Position numbers and translations under genes: made by a program. A stretch of 63,953 nt of DNA, counting the filler. It is 4 parts of 4 records of this genome, joined end to end, with 100 filler letters (N's around TTAATTAATTAA, not from the genome) between each part and the next. Parts side by side here need not be neighbours in the genome. Positions count along the whole stretch, not along the records: positions 12,967 to 32,159 come from SRR31156797_7287; 3 more parts are not named here. One strand, given 5' to 3'. Shown here one piece after another: positions 19,701 to 27,642 of this stretch; positions within the stretch are counted from its first letter, which is position 1, and every line of letters begins with the position of its first letter. The notes under the pieces were generated by a model. It saw nothing but the letters and a program-made list of their open reading frames with translations. It had not been told where the DNA came from and did no database searches.

Positions 19701-21011
19701 TCATTCTCAGCATTCGGAGAGAGTGATGAGAGTGGTAGTCTCTGGCTTACTTCATTCGTGCTGTCCCAGTTCAGTGCTGCAAGGGATGTGACCACAATTG
19801 ATGAGAACATTCTCTCCGAGTCTGCGGATTGGATAGAATCCCATCAGCAGGAGGATGGTTCATGGGAGCAGGTCGGTTTTGTGATCCATCAGGACATGAT
19901 GGGCGGTGTCAGCGGCACCTACGCACTCACAGCATACACAACCCTTGCACTGGATGAATATGGTTCTGCAAGTCCTGTTGTCATGGCAAACGCACAGAAG
20001 TACCTTGAGGATAATCTTGCAGCCCAGGATGACCCATATGCTCTTGCCATCGGTACCCTTGCGCTGCAGAAACTCGACAGTTCCATGGCCGATGAGGCAC
20101 TGAACGACCTGCTTGCAATCTCAAAGCAGGATGATGACGGCACCTACTGGGGATATGGTGACGGTGCAGTTCCATTGCCGTACGAGGATGTTGGATACAG
20201 TTACATGGCACCATCCAGTAAGAACGTGGAGACAACAGCATATGCAACCCTTGCACTTATCGAAGCAAAGAATCCCACAGCCATCTCCTCCTTGAAGTGG
20301 ATATCCGCACAGCGCAATTCCAACGGAGGATTCTCCAGTACCCAGGATACTGTAATGGCATTCAGGGCACTGATGAGCGCGGCAGCATCTGCTGGCAGGG
20401 ATATCGATGCAACGGTACATGTAATCGCTGACGGAACTGAGATCAGGTCGGTGGATGTCAACCAGCAGAACTTCGATGTTGTCCAGATAATCGAGATCCC
20501 TGAAGGGACATCCAATGTCACTCTTGAGATGGATGGGACAGGAGACCTGAACTACCAGCTTGTAAGGCGCTTCAATGTGATCCTGCCGGATGTCATTGAG
20601 TACAATGAGATAGAACTGGATGTGGATTATGATTCCACCGACGTTGCTGTGAATGATATCGTCACTGTGAATGCCACGGTGAAGTACAACGGTATCCGGG
20701 GAATTGACGGCAGTGTCAGTTCCAGTGGAATGATGATAGTCGACCTTGCGGTGCCAACCGGTTTCAGTCCTGTATCCTCAAGTCTCGAGGCTGTGAAGGC
20801 AAACGAGGATAAGATTACCCGCTATGAGATCGCAGGCAGAAAGGTCATATTCTATATTGACGACATGCAGCCTGATGAGGTACTTGAGTTCAGCATGCAG
20901 GTGCAGGCTCTGTTCCCTGTGAAGGCTGTGGTGTCTGAGAGCAAGGCTTACTCGTACTACAACCCCGAGGTTGTGGCTGAGGTGAAGGGAATGGATGTTA
21001 CTGTGGTTTGA
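16773..21011 (+). CDS. Alpha-2-macroglobulin/thioester-containing protein (TEP), predicted lipoprotein
   Basis: GGAG-type RBS before GTG 16773; lipobox-like IISGC; FIETDKPIYKPGQ, YVLPKFDV, FFPETWVW, PDSITTW, PYGCGEQNM (thioester 19542-19556), DGSFSAFG, GGFSSTQDT, YSYYNPE. Confidence 0.95.
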   Translation: MNLTGKKTGTFIVIVSLFAVIISGCIGDDGELSSNLAGPCSGQLSSSGDEFLILAPKMLFSGGESSVTMAAFSDNEPVTRCVEYTLTDENDNEIDLVQASTSEEGNVVASFEVPDVEEGTYTLTAKPSGYETEFEATVEVVKNNPLFIETDKPIYKPGQTIHGRILSLNNNLIPVQENITAEITDAKGIKVFKEEINSNEYGVASFDLPLASELNMGTWKVVATAGDSSTNVDIQVDKYVLPKFDVSLETPQEWLLVSDEITGTVSANYFFGKEVEGDVLVEASRYVGEWEQYATFSGALENGSIEFELPEVEYAAGTYGAGGQASLMLNVTVTDTGNHTESTNKLLTIAESPIVLQLIPESSTIKPGMPLQVLVVTKDPGGNPVDAEVTVDARISDDSYDSTNEEFTLNTEGGVALLELEIPANSTNLYMDAYVEGDNAWASESLNAVYSPSASFIHISQTSDGVPELGDTISFHVYSTNPGTVYYDVFANGRTVYSATSDESDISIPVTPQMSPQAKVVAYIINPNSEVSVDVLPFDVEFSTQVDLSSSFSSEGAEPGDDVAVDFDAGSQSMIGFSIVDESVYALSEGRLNLKQVFDELEKRFMEPMAESHPYWYEEGAYDALENAGMVVMASPGIEVPRSELAESGFNAGKFAGFGMEVDAAMDDMVVLEGEEMMEMPAMAAEPTDSADEGMGESGELAEVQRVRQFFPETWVWMPELLTDEAGLVSLDLTAPDSITTWRLHAVSSGPEGIGISESSLTVFQDFFVDPDLPYAVTRGEQFPVQVQVYNYLDTEQDVKLTLSGAEWFDIIGDDVQTVTVDGNGVGYASFTISPTKVGKQLLEITGQTTERADAVRKDIIVEAEGATRELVDNGVLSNGSVELDTSLPADIVSDSDKVLVSFTPSIVAQSISGVDDLLGMPYGCGEQNMMLFSTDVEVLRYLKATGQDNPEVRAKAEMYIITGYQRELTYRHSDGSFSAFGESDESGSLWLTSFVLSQFSAARDVTTIDENILSESADWIESHQQEDGSWEQVGFVIHQDMMGGVSGTYALTAYTTLALDEYGSASPVVMANAQKYLEDNLAAQDDPYALAIGTLALQKLDSSMADEALNDLLAISKQDDDGTYWGYGDGAVPLPYEDVGYSYMAPSSKNVETTAYATLALIEAKNPTAISSLKWISAQRNSNGGFSSTQDTVMAFRALMSAAASAGRDIDATVHVIADGTEIRSVDVNQQNFDVVQIIEIPEGTSNVTLEMDGTGDLNYQLVRRFNVILPDVIEYNEIELDVDYDSTDVAVNDIVTVNATVKYNGIRGIDGSVSSSGMMIVDLAVPTGFSPVSSSLEAVKANEDKITRYEIAGRKVIFYIDDMQPDEVLEFSMQVQALFPVKAVVSESKAYSYYNPEVVAEVKGMDVTVV

Positions 21012-21111
21012 AGGAATAAAGGAAGGGGTGATTTCTCTTCCTTCTGTCTATTTAAATATAGATTAATTGTATATTCTATAACTATAATTTCATTTTAAAG
21101 GATCAGATCAA

Positions 21112-21708
21112 ATGGACTTCAGACTAATTTTCATTATGGGATTTGCAGGTTTTGTTGTTACAGTTATCCTGCTGGCAATTGTTGCTACAATTCTTAATGA
21201 GAAACGCAGAGCAAAAAACCTTGCAGAACAGGCACGAGAAATAGGATTTAATCCAGCTTCAAAGGATCTTGTCACATCACTTGATTTTAAGCAGACTCGG
21301 CTTGGTAACAAACAAAAAGTGTACAATGTTTTCACAGGTACTTTTGATGGTGTTCAGGTAATCTTTTTTGACCTGACAATAGTTATTGGAAATTTGATAA
21401 CCGGTTCTACAACATCTCACGGAGGTACTTTCAAGTCATCAGTTATCGTCTTCAAAGTACACGCTCCCATTTTTGAATCACAGCCTCGCTCTCCTCTTAC
21501 TAAAAATGCTTATAACGAATACTTCTCCCTGAAAGGAGATGCTTCTTTTATGACTGAATCACTGGCCGAGAAAATTGAACGAAAATATGCAATTGAGTCC
21601 AATGGGACTCATGTATTGTTTGTCCCTTCCGGGAAACGTGTTGGAAACATCAGTGATAAAGTAAAGGCTGCTTACGGGATATTGCAGGAAATAGTTCAGA
21701 AACATTAA
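21112..21708 (+). CDS. Hypothetical protein with N-terminal membrane anchor
   Basis: 198-aa ORF with hydrophobic N-terminal helix and AAGGA upstream. Confidence 0.7.
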   Translation: MDFRLIFIMGFAGFVVTVILLAIVATILNEKRRAKNLAEQAREIGFNPASKDLVTSLDFKQTRLGNKQKVYNVFTGTFDGVQVIFFDLTIVIGNLITGSTTSHGGTFKSSVIVFKVHAPIFESQPRSPLTKNAYNEYFSLKGDASFMTESLAEKIERKYAIESNGTHVLFVPSGKRVGNISDKVKAAYGILQEIVQKH

Positions 21709-21758
21709 GTACTTATTTCAGTCAAATCCAGATAGTATCAATTAAAAGGGGATTTCAA

Positions 21759-22142
21759 ATGAACAAATATCTGAAAATGTTCTTTTACGGACTTGTTCTG
21801 TGGCTGGTGCCTTTTGTAGTCAGCTTTGCCTTTGTGGACAGTCAGGGCAATTTCATCATAGCTGAGACATTCTTCAAATCCATCATGGTTGTTACCGGTG
21901 CTCTTATTGGTGTTATCCTTGCAGTGAGGTATTTCAGGGATGTAGAAACGGACTATGTCAATGAAGGCATACTTCTTGGACTTATCTGGCTTGTCATGAA
22001 CCTTGCGCTGGACCTGGTAATGGTATCAGGTGGATTCTTCCAGATGTCGGTTGTGCAGTACTTCACAGACATCGGAATGCGCTATCTTGCAATGCCGATC
22101 TATACTGTAGGTATGGGCTATGTATTGATGCAGAAGGGATAA
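21759..22142 (+). CDS. Small integral membrane protein (about 4 TM)
   Basis: 127-aa hydrophobic ORF with AGGGG RBS. Confidence 0.75.
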   Translation: MNKYLKMFFYGLVLWLVPFVVSFAFVDSQGNFIIAETFFKSIMVVTGALIGVILAVRYFRDVETDYVNEGILLGLIWLVMNLALDLVMVSGGFFQMSVVQYFTDIGMRYLAMPIYTVGMGYVLMQKG

Positions 22143-22214
22143 TCATCTATCCTGTCTACATTACAAGAACTGAAATAAATTATCTTTATCTTTTTTAGGA
22201 GCAATGGAGCAACT

Positions 22215-22895
22215 ATGGCAGTGCAGTACCAGAACGTAGTCCCCTGGGGGCGTTCATTTCAGGAATATGTTGGCATGTTCGATCTGAGTGAAATCGACCT
22301 TGATAGTTCCATCCTCGGATGTGGTGATGGTCCTGCAAGTTTTAACTGTGAGATGACTCGACAGGGCAAGTCTGTCGTATCTGTTGACCCAATCTATTCT
22401 CTTAGCAGAGCTGCCATTGGGAAACGGGTCGATGAGACCTATCTTGAGGTGCTTGAGCAGACCCGGGAGAATCAGGATAAGTTCGTCTGGGAGAACATTT
22501 CCTCGGTGGAGGAACTGGGGCAAATTCGCATGGATTCCATGAAACTATTCCTTGAGGATTTTGAGAATGGCAAAGAGGAAGGTCGCTATGTTGCAGGTGG
22601 ACTACCGGAACTGCCATTTGAGGACAATTCCTTTTATCTTGTTCTGGTATCACATCTTCTGTTCCTGTATTCAGAGCAGCTTTCCTTCGACTTCCATATT
22701 CAGGCTGCTGATGAACTGCTCAGGATAGCGGATGAGGTGAGAATATTTCCGTTGGTCGACCTTAATTCAAGAAAGTCGATACATCTTGATGAGGTCATTG
22801 ATTATTTGATGGCGCGTGGGTTCGATGTTTCCGAGAAGAAAGTGGACTATGAGTTCCAGAAGGGTGGGAATACAATGCTGGTGATAAGGGGATAG
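22215..22895 (+). CDS. Class I SAM-dependent methyltransferase-like protein
   Basis: ILGCGDGPASF motif I variant, VSVDP, LPFEDNSF.LVLVSHLLF; GGAG RBS. Confidence 0.8.
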   Translation: MAVQYQNVVPWGRSFQEYVGMFDLSEIDLDSSILGCGDGPASFNCEMTRQGKSVVSVDPIYSLSRAAIGKRVDETYLEVLEQTRENQDKFVWENISSVEELGQIRMDSMKLFLEDFENGKEEGRYVAGGLPELPFEDNSFYLVLVSHLLFLYSEQLSFDFHIQAADELLRIADEVRIFPLVDLNSRKSIHLDEVIDYLMARGFDVSEKKVDYEFQKGGNTMLVIRG

Positions 22896-22940
22896 TTTTG
22901 TTTTTGATATTCTGGCAAAAACCAAAATAGATGGTCCGGG

Positions 22941-23429
22941 TTAACCGTTATCCGCTTCCACTCTTGTTAATACACTCAGTGTTACAGCATTCTCTTCTGC
23001 TATCGCACCTTCGATGCGATCTACCAGAAGTCGGAATGCACCGTCCTTATCAAGTTTGGAATAATCTCCAATTCTATGAACAAAAAGTTGCTTTTGGGTT
23101 TCCAGGTATTGTTCTGTTGAACGGTAGTTCTTCCACTGTTCTCTATAATGGTATATCCCTTCCAAGGCAATAGCTAGGGCCACTGCAACACCGATGAAAG
23201 TAACTGAGGACCTTGCAAGGTCCATTTCCCAGTCTCCGATCGGTACAATTACAGAAACATTGTTGATCACAGGAATCAGCACTGCACCTACTGCAGCTAT
23301 TACCTGTGCTTGCTGATATCTCTTTTTCATTTTAACAGATTTGCTGTCGTACCATGATCTGTATTGTTCAAGCCTGTTTTTGATGTATTGTTCCTCAGTA
23401 TTTTGAACCTCGGTTATTTCATCAGCCAT
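22941..23429 (-). CDS. DUF4231 / SLATT-type two-TM protein
   Basis: YI..RL.QY.SWYD.KS...KK.Y, two TM helices, W.NYRST.Q.L..QK.LF...G.Y; true start MADEITE at 23429 because the longer ORF overlaps mutS. Confidence 0.8.
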   Translation of the reverse strand: MADEITEVQNTEEQYIKNRLEQYRSWYDSKSVKMKKRYQQAQVIAAVGAVLIPVINNVSVIVPIGDWEMDLARSSVTFIGVAVALAIALEGIYHYREQWKNYRSTEQYLETQKQLFVHRIGDYSKLDKDGAFRLLVDRIEGAIAEENAVTLSVLTRVEADNG

Positions 23430-23542
23430 CAATAGAATTTTGGATTGGAAGTACTTAAATAATACGTTAGACGAATCGATGATTTTGTCACATTGGGAAA
23501 TGATATTTATCTCTGATATTTTTCTTGATAGTTTCCTTCCCG

Positions 23543-23577
23543 ATGCAAACACAAAAATACTAACAAGCCGATAATTT
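23543..23577 (+). repeat. Direct repeat copy 1, upstream of mutS
   Basis: ATGCAAACACAAAAATACTAACAAGC (26 bp) identical to 27554-27579; 33/35 identity when extended. Confidence 0.9.
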
Positions 23578-23603
23578 GCAGCATCAATTCTGTGTGATCC
23601 ATC

Positions 23604-26252
23604 ATGAGTAAAGTAACCCCTGCCATGCAACAGTTTTATGCTGCCAAGGAAGAGCATAAGGATGCCCTCATATTCTTCAGGATGGGGGATTTCTATGAGT
23701 CCTTTGGAGAAGATGCAAAGACCATAGCAAAAGAACTTGAGATCACCCTGACGACCCGCGGCAAAGGAAAGGATGGAGAGAAGATGCCGCTTGCAGGTAT
23801 CCCGTATCATGCTATCGATAACTATCTCCCGCGTCTCATCAAGAAGGGCTACAAGGTTGCCATATGTGAGCAGCTCGAGGACCCAAAGAAGGCAAAAGGT
23901 GTCGTGAAGCGTGGTGTTGTAAGGGTTGTGACTCCGGGTACTGCAATGGATTCATCCATGTTCTCAGACTCATCTAATAATTACCTCATGGCATTGTATG
24001 GTGAGAAGGATGAATATGGCCTGTCGTTTTTGGATATCTCTACCGGTGAGTTCCTGACAACACAGTTTAAGGATACTACTCCCTATGACCGTATCGCCAG
24101 TGAGGTTGCACGTATGGGTCCTTCCGAATGCATTCTGCCTCCTTCTTTGTTCAATGACCTGCGCCTTACTGAGCGTCTGAAGGAACTCAGGCTAATCATT
24201 CACGAGTTCGATGAAGATGCTTTTGATCTGGAACTGGCTGAGAAAATCCTTCTGGAGCACTTTAATGTATCTACCCTTGAAGGTATGGGTTGCAGTGAAC
24301 TAATGGTTGCTGTCTCATCTGCAGGTGCAGCATTGCGTTATGCAACAGAGACTCAGATGAGGGAACTCTCTCAGGTACAGAACCTGAAGACATACTTCGA
24401 TTCCGAGTTCATGGTGCTGGATGCTATCACCCTGAGAAACCTTGAGATCGTCAGAAATGTGAGGGGTGAAGGAAACGATTCTTCTCTTATCGGTGTGCTT
24501 GATGAGACAAAGACGCCCATGGGGAGGAGACAATTACAGAAATGGCTCCTGAAACCTCTGGTATCCGTTGATGCCATCAATGCTCGTCTCGATTCAGTTG
24601 CATGGCTTCATGATAACACTCTCATACGTTTTGATATCCGTGCTCATCTTTCATATGTAAAAGATATGGAGAGGCTTGTTGGAAGGGTAATGTATGGAAA
24701 TTCTAATGCAAGGGATCTTGTATCGTTGAAGAAATCACTTGAATCAGTTCCACTCTTGCTCGGATCTCTTCGGGAATGTGGGAATGTTGATCTGCTGGAG
24801 GGCCTCGTATCAAAATTATCCTCTTTCGGGGAACTCGATGAGCTTTCAAAGCTTATCGACAGTGCCATAGTGGAAGAACCTCCTCTTAGTGTCCGGGATG
24901 GAGGAATGATCAAAACTGGATATAATGCGCAACTGGATGAATTCTTTGATCTGTCAAAAAATGGAAAACAATGGATCGCCAAGTTCCAGCAAAAAGAGCG
25001 TGACAGGACCGGGATAAAGTCTTTGAAGGTCGGTTATAACAAGGTTTTTGGTTATTATCTTGAGGTCACAAAGGCAAACATATCACAGGTTCCTGATGAC
25101 TATATCAGGAAGCAGACCATGACAAATGCCGAAAGGTTCTATACTCCTGAACTTAAAGAACGTGAGAGTGCTATCCTTTCCGCAGATGAGAAAATGGTGG
25201 CTCTTGAACATGAGCTGCTCAGTGAGCTAAATTCGATTGTAGCCTCCCATTCCAGACAGCTTCAGGAAACTGCCGTTCTTATTGGAACACTGGATGTTCT
25301 GACAAACCTTGCAGAGGTAGCTGCCAATAACAATTATGTACGACCGGCAGTAACTCCTGATTGCAGACTTCTCCTCAGAGATGGACGACACCCCGTAGTT
25401 GAGGATGCTGTCCCCGGTGGCTTTGTGCCCAATGATACGGAGATGGATTGTAGTGAGAATCAATTCCAGCTTATAACCGGGCCCAACATGGCTGGTAAAT
25501 CCACATACATGAGGCAGATTGCTATGATAGTTATAATGGCGCAGGCAGGTTCCTTTGTACCTGCATCCCATGCATCTATTGGTATTGTGGACCGGGTGTT
25601 CACAAGGGTCGGCGCATTTGATGATCTTGCAAGCGGCCAGAGTACTTTCATGGTGGAAATGGTGGAGCTTGCCAATATCCTGAACAATGCCACACCAAAG
25701 AGTCTGGTGTTGCTGGATGAGATTGGCAGGGGTACCAGTACCTATGATGGTTACAGTATTGCGAAAGCTGTGGTTGAATACATCCACAACAAGAGGCGTG
25801 TGGGCGTCAGGTCTCTTTTCGCCACGCACTATCATCAACTCACCGATATCGCAGCCAATCTCAAGCGTGTGAGGAACTATCATATCGCTGTTAAGGAGGA
25901 TGGGGATGACCTTGTATTCCTGCGTAAGATCGTTCCCGGTGCAACGGACAGGAGCTATGGTATCCATGTTGCCAGAATCGCGGGTGTCCCGCACACGGTC
26001 ACTTCAAGGGCAAAGGAGATCCTTGAGGATATCGAGAGCGAGTGCATGATAAGTGGGGAAGACCGCAAGGGGAGTAAGAAACAGCGCAGCAGCGCCAATT
26101 ATACTCAGGTCATATTGTTCGACCAGGATGCAACTTATAGTGAGGTAGTTCCTGACCCTGTGATAGAAGAACTGAAAGAACTGGATATCAATTCAATGAC
26201 CCCTATCGAGGCGCTGAACAAGCTGAATGATATCAAAAGTAAACTCAAATAG
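23604..26252 (+). CDS. mutS: DNA mismatch repair protein MutS (MutS1)
   Basis: TPAMQQF, FRMGDFYE, GPNMAGKS, STFMVEM, DEIGRGT, FATHYH, SYGIHVA. Confidence 0.98.
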   Translation: MSKVTPAMQQFYAAKEEHKDALIFFRMGDFYESFGEDAKTIAKELEITLTTRGKGKDGEKMPLAGIPYHAIDNYLPRLIKKGYKVAICEQLEDPKKAKGVVKRGVVRVVTPGTAMDSSMFSDSSNNYLMALYGEKDEYGLSFLDISTGEFLTTQFKDTTPYDRIASEVARMGPSECILPPSLFNDLRLTERLKELRLIIHEFDEDAFDLELAEKILLEHFNVSTLEGMGCSELMVAVSSAGAALRYATETQMRELSQVQNLKTYFDSEFMVLDAITLRNLEIVRNVRGEGNDSSLIGVLDETKTPMGRRQLQKWLLKPLVSVDAINARLDSVAWLHDNTLIRFDIRAHLSYVKDMERLVGRVMYGNSNARDLVSLKKSLESVPLLLGSLRECGNVDLLEGLVSKLSSFGELDELSKLIDSAIVEEPPLSVRDGGMIKTGYNAQLDEFFDLSKNGKQWIAKFQQKERDRTGIKSLKVGYNKVFGYYLEVTKANISQVPDDYIRKQTMTNAERFYTPELKERESAILSADEKMVALEHELLSELNSIVASHSRQLQETAVLIGTLDVLTNLAEVAANNNYVRPAVTPDCRLLLRDGRHPVVEDAVPGGFVPNDTEMDCSENQFQLITGPNMAGKSTYMRQIAMIVIMAQAGSFVPASHASIGIVDRVFTRVGAFDDLASGQSTFMVEMVELANILNNATPKSLVLLDEIGRGTSTYDGYSIAKAVVEYIHNKRRVGVRSLFATHYHQLTDIAANLKRVRNYHIAVKEDGDDLVFLRKIVPGATDRSYGIHVARIAGVPHTVTSRAKEILEDIESECMISGEDRKGSKKQRSSANYTQVILFDQDATYSEVVPDPVIEELKELDINSMTPIEALNKLNDIKSKLK

Positions 26253-26287
26253 GTGCTTCTGGATCATTTATTTTCTGTGAAGGTAAT

Positions 26288-27478
26288 TCATTGCAGGTCC
26301 CCGGAACCAATGCCTTTTCTCTGTAATATTGTCCATGCGGTCAGCACAAGAGCACCGCAGACAAATGTGATGGTTCCCAGTATCTGCATACGTTCCATCC
26401 ATTCAAGTGATACCAGCCACATTCCAACAGCCCCAAGGGTGAAATATGTGAATATCAGCAGGGATGACGCGGCACCTGCATCCTTATGCACCTGTTCGAG
26501 TACGAGGTGATTGCTGGGAGGTCTGCTGATGCCTATGGAAAACGTTACAATTGCCATTGGTATTGCAAAGCTCCAGGGTCCGTTCTGGCCTATCAAAAGA
26601 ATGGCTGCTGCTCCAAGTGTTATTCCTGCAAAACCGGCGGTCATCAGATGGTTGGAGTTCATCCTGTCCGTCAGTTTCAGGCATGACATGGACCCTGCCA
26701 TAAGTGCAAGGGCGTTGAAGGCGAAGAAGTAGCTGAAACCCTGTTCTGTCATTCCGAATCCGTTGATGTAAAGTGCCGAGGAACTGGCAATGAAGCTGTA
26801 CAGGGGTAGCAGGCTTACGGACATCACAAGAACCATTATCACATAGTTCTTGTTAAGTAGAAGCTCAGCATAGGAATTCATGACCTTTGACATTGGGACG
26901 TCCGATTTTTCCTTTAGTGTCTCAGGTGTCCTGACCACTCCCAGAAGTCCTATAAGTCCCATCGCTCCCTGCGCAATGAAGATCCAGGGCCATGTTATAT
27001 ATGCCAGTATCCATCCGCCGACAATAGGTGCGAACATAGGTGCAAGTGCCATGATCACGGCTATATATGCAAGGATTCTCTGTCTTTCTTTCCCGGCGAA
27101 TATATCCTTTGTCATGGTCATGGAAAGGGATGCGCTGGCAGCAGCCCCGGCAGCCTGTATTATTCGGAATACTATAAGTGCGGTCACATTGCTGGCGGTT
27201 GCACAGAGTATGCTGGCAAGTATGTAGAGTATGATGCCTGCGATCAACGGTTTTTTGCGTCCGTATCTGTCCGATACCGGTCCGTAAAAAAGTAATGAGA
27301 ATCCATATGTGACGAAGAAACTGATCAGTATAAGGTTGACAACTGCCAGTGGCCTGTCCCATAGAATAGCAAGGGATGGTATGGCAGGCAGTATCATGTC
27401 CGTGGAAAATGCAGGGAATGCTGTTAAAAGGGCTAACAAGGGTACGATATTCTTTATTTTTCCAGAACCTGACATCAT
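26288..27478 (-). CDS. MFS multidrug transporter (Bcr/CflA family)
   Basis: TDMILPAIP, GPVSDRYGRK motif A, APIVGG; about 12 hydrophobic segments. Confidence 0.9.
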   Translation of the reverse strand: MMSGSGKIKNIVPLLALLTAFPAFSTDMILPAIPSLAILWDRPLAVVNLILISFFVTYGFSLLFYGPVSDRYGRKKPLIAGIILYILASILCATASNVTALIVFRIIQAAGAAASASLSMTMTKDIFAGKERQRILAYIAVIMALAPMFAPIVGGWILAYITWPWIFIAQGAMGLIGLLGVVRTPETLKEKSDVPMSKVMNSYAELLLNKNYVIMVLVMSVSLLPLYSFIASSSALYINGFGMTEQGFSYFFAFNALALMAGSMSCLKLTDRMNSNHLMTAGFAGITLGAAAILLIGQNGPWSFAIPMAIVTFSIGISRPPSNHLVLEQVHKDAGAASSLLIFTYFTLGAVGMWLVSLEWMERMQILGTITFVCGALVLTAWTILQRKGIGSGDLQ

Positions 27479-27553
27479 GAACCTTCTAATTTTATGTTGC
27501 CTCTAACGGTACGACCGGATATAATTATTTTGGAAATCTGATGTTCCTTTGGA

Positions 27554-27588
27554 ATGCAAACACAAAAATACTAACAAGCAGATATTTT
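27554..27588 (+). repeat. Direct repeat copy 2, upstream of mutL
   Basis: Same 26-bp string as 23543-23568. Confidence 0.9.
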
Positions 27589-27642
27589 CGTCTTAAAGGG
27601 TTAGAGTTCATAAATATACTTATCGTGGACAGGAAGTGAAAT

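Noticed and set aside
23430-23810. 289-aa version of the DUF4231 ORF overlapping mutS
   Set aside because: Extension is antisense to the mutS start and crosses its promoter region; the domain begins at MADEITE (23429)
26253-26510. Amber read-through extension of MutS (in-frame ORF after TAG)
   Set aside because: MutS is already complete with a typical C-terminus, and the extension is the antisense shadow of the MFS gene
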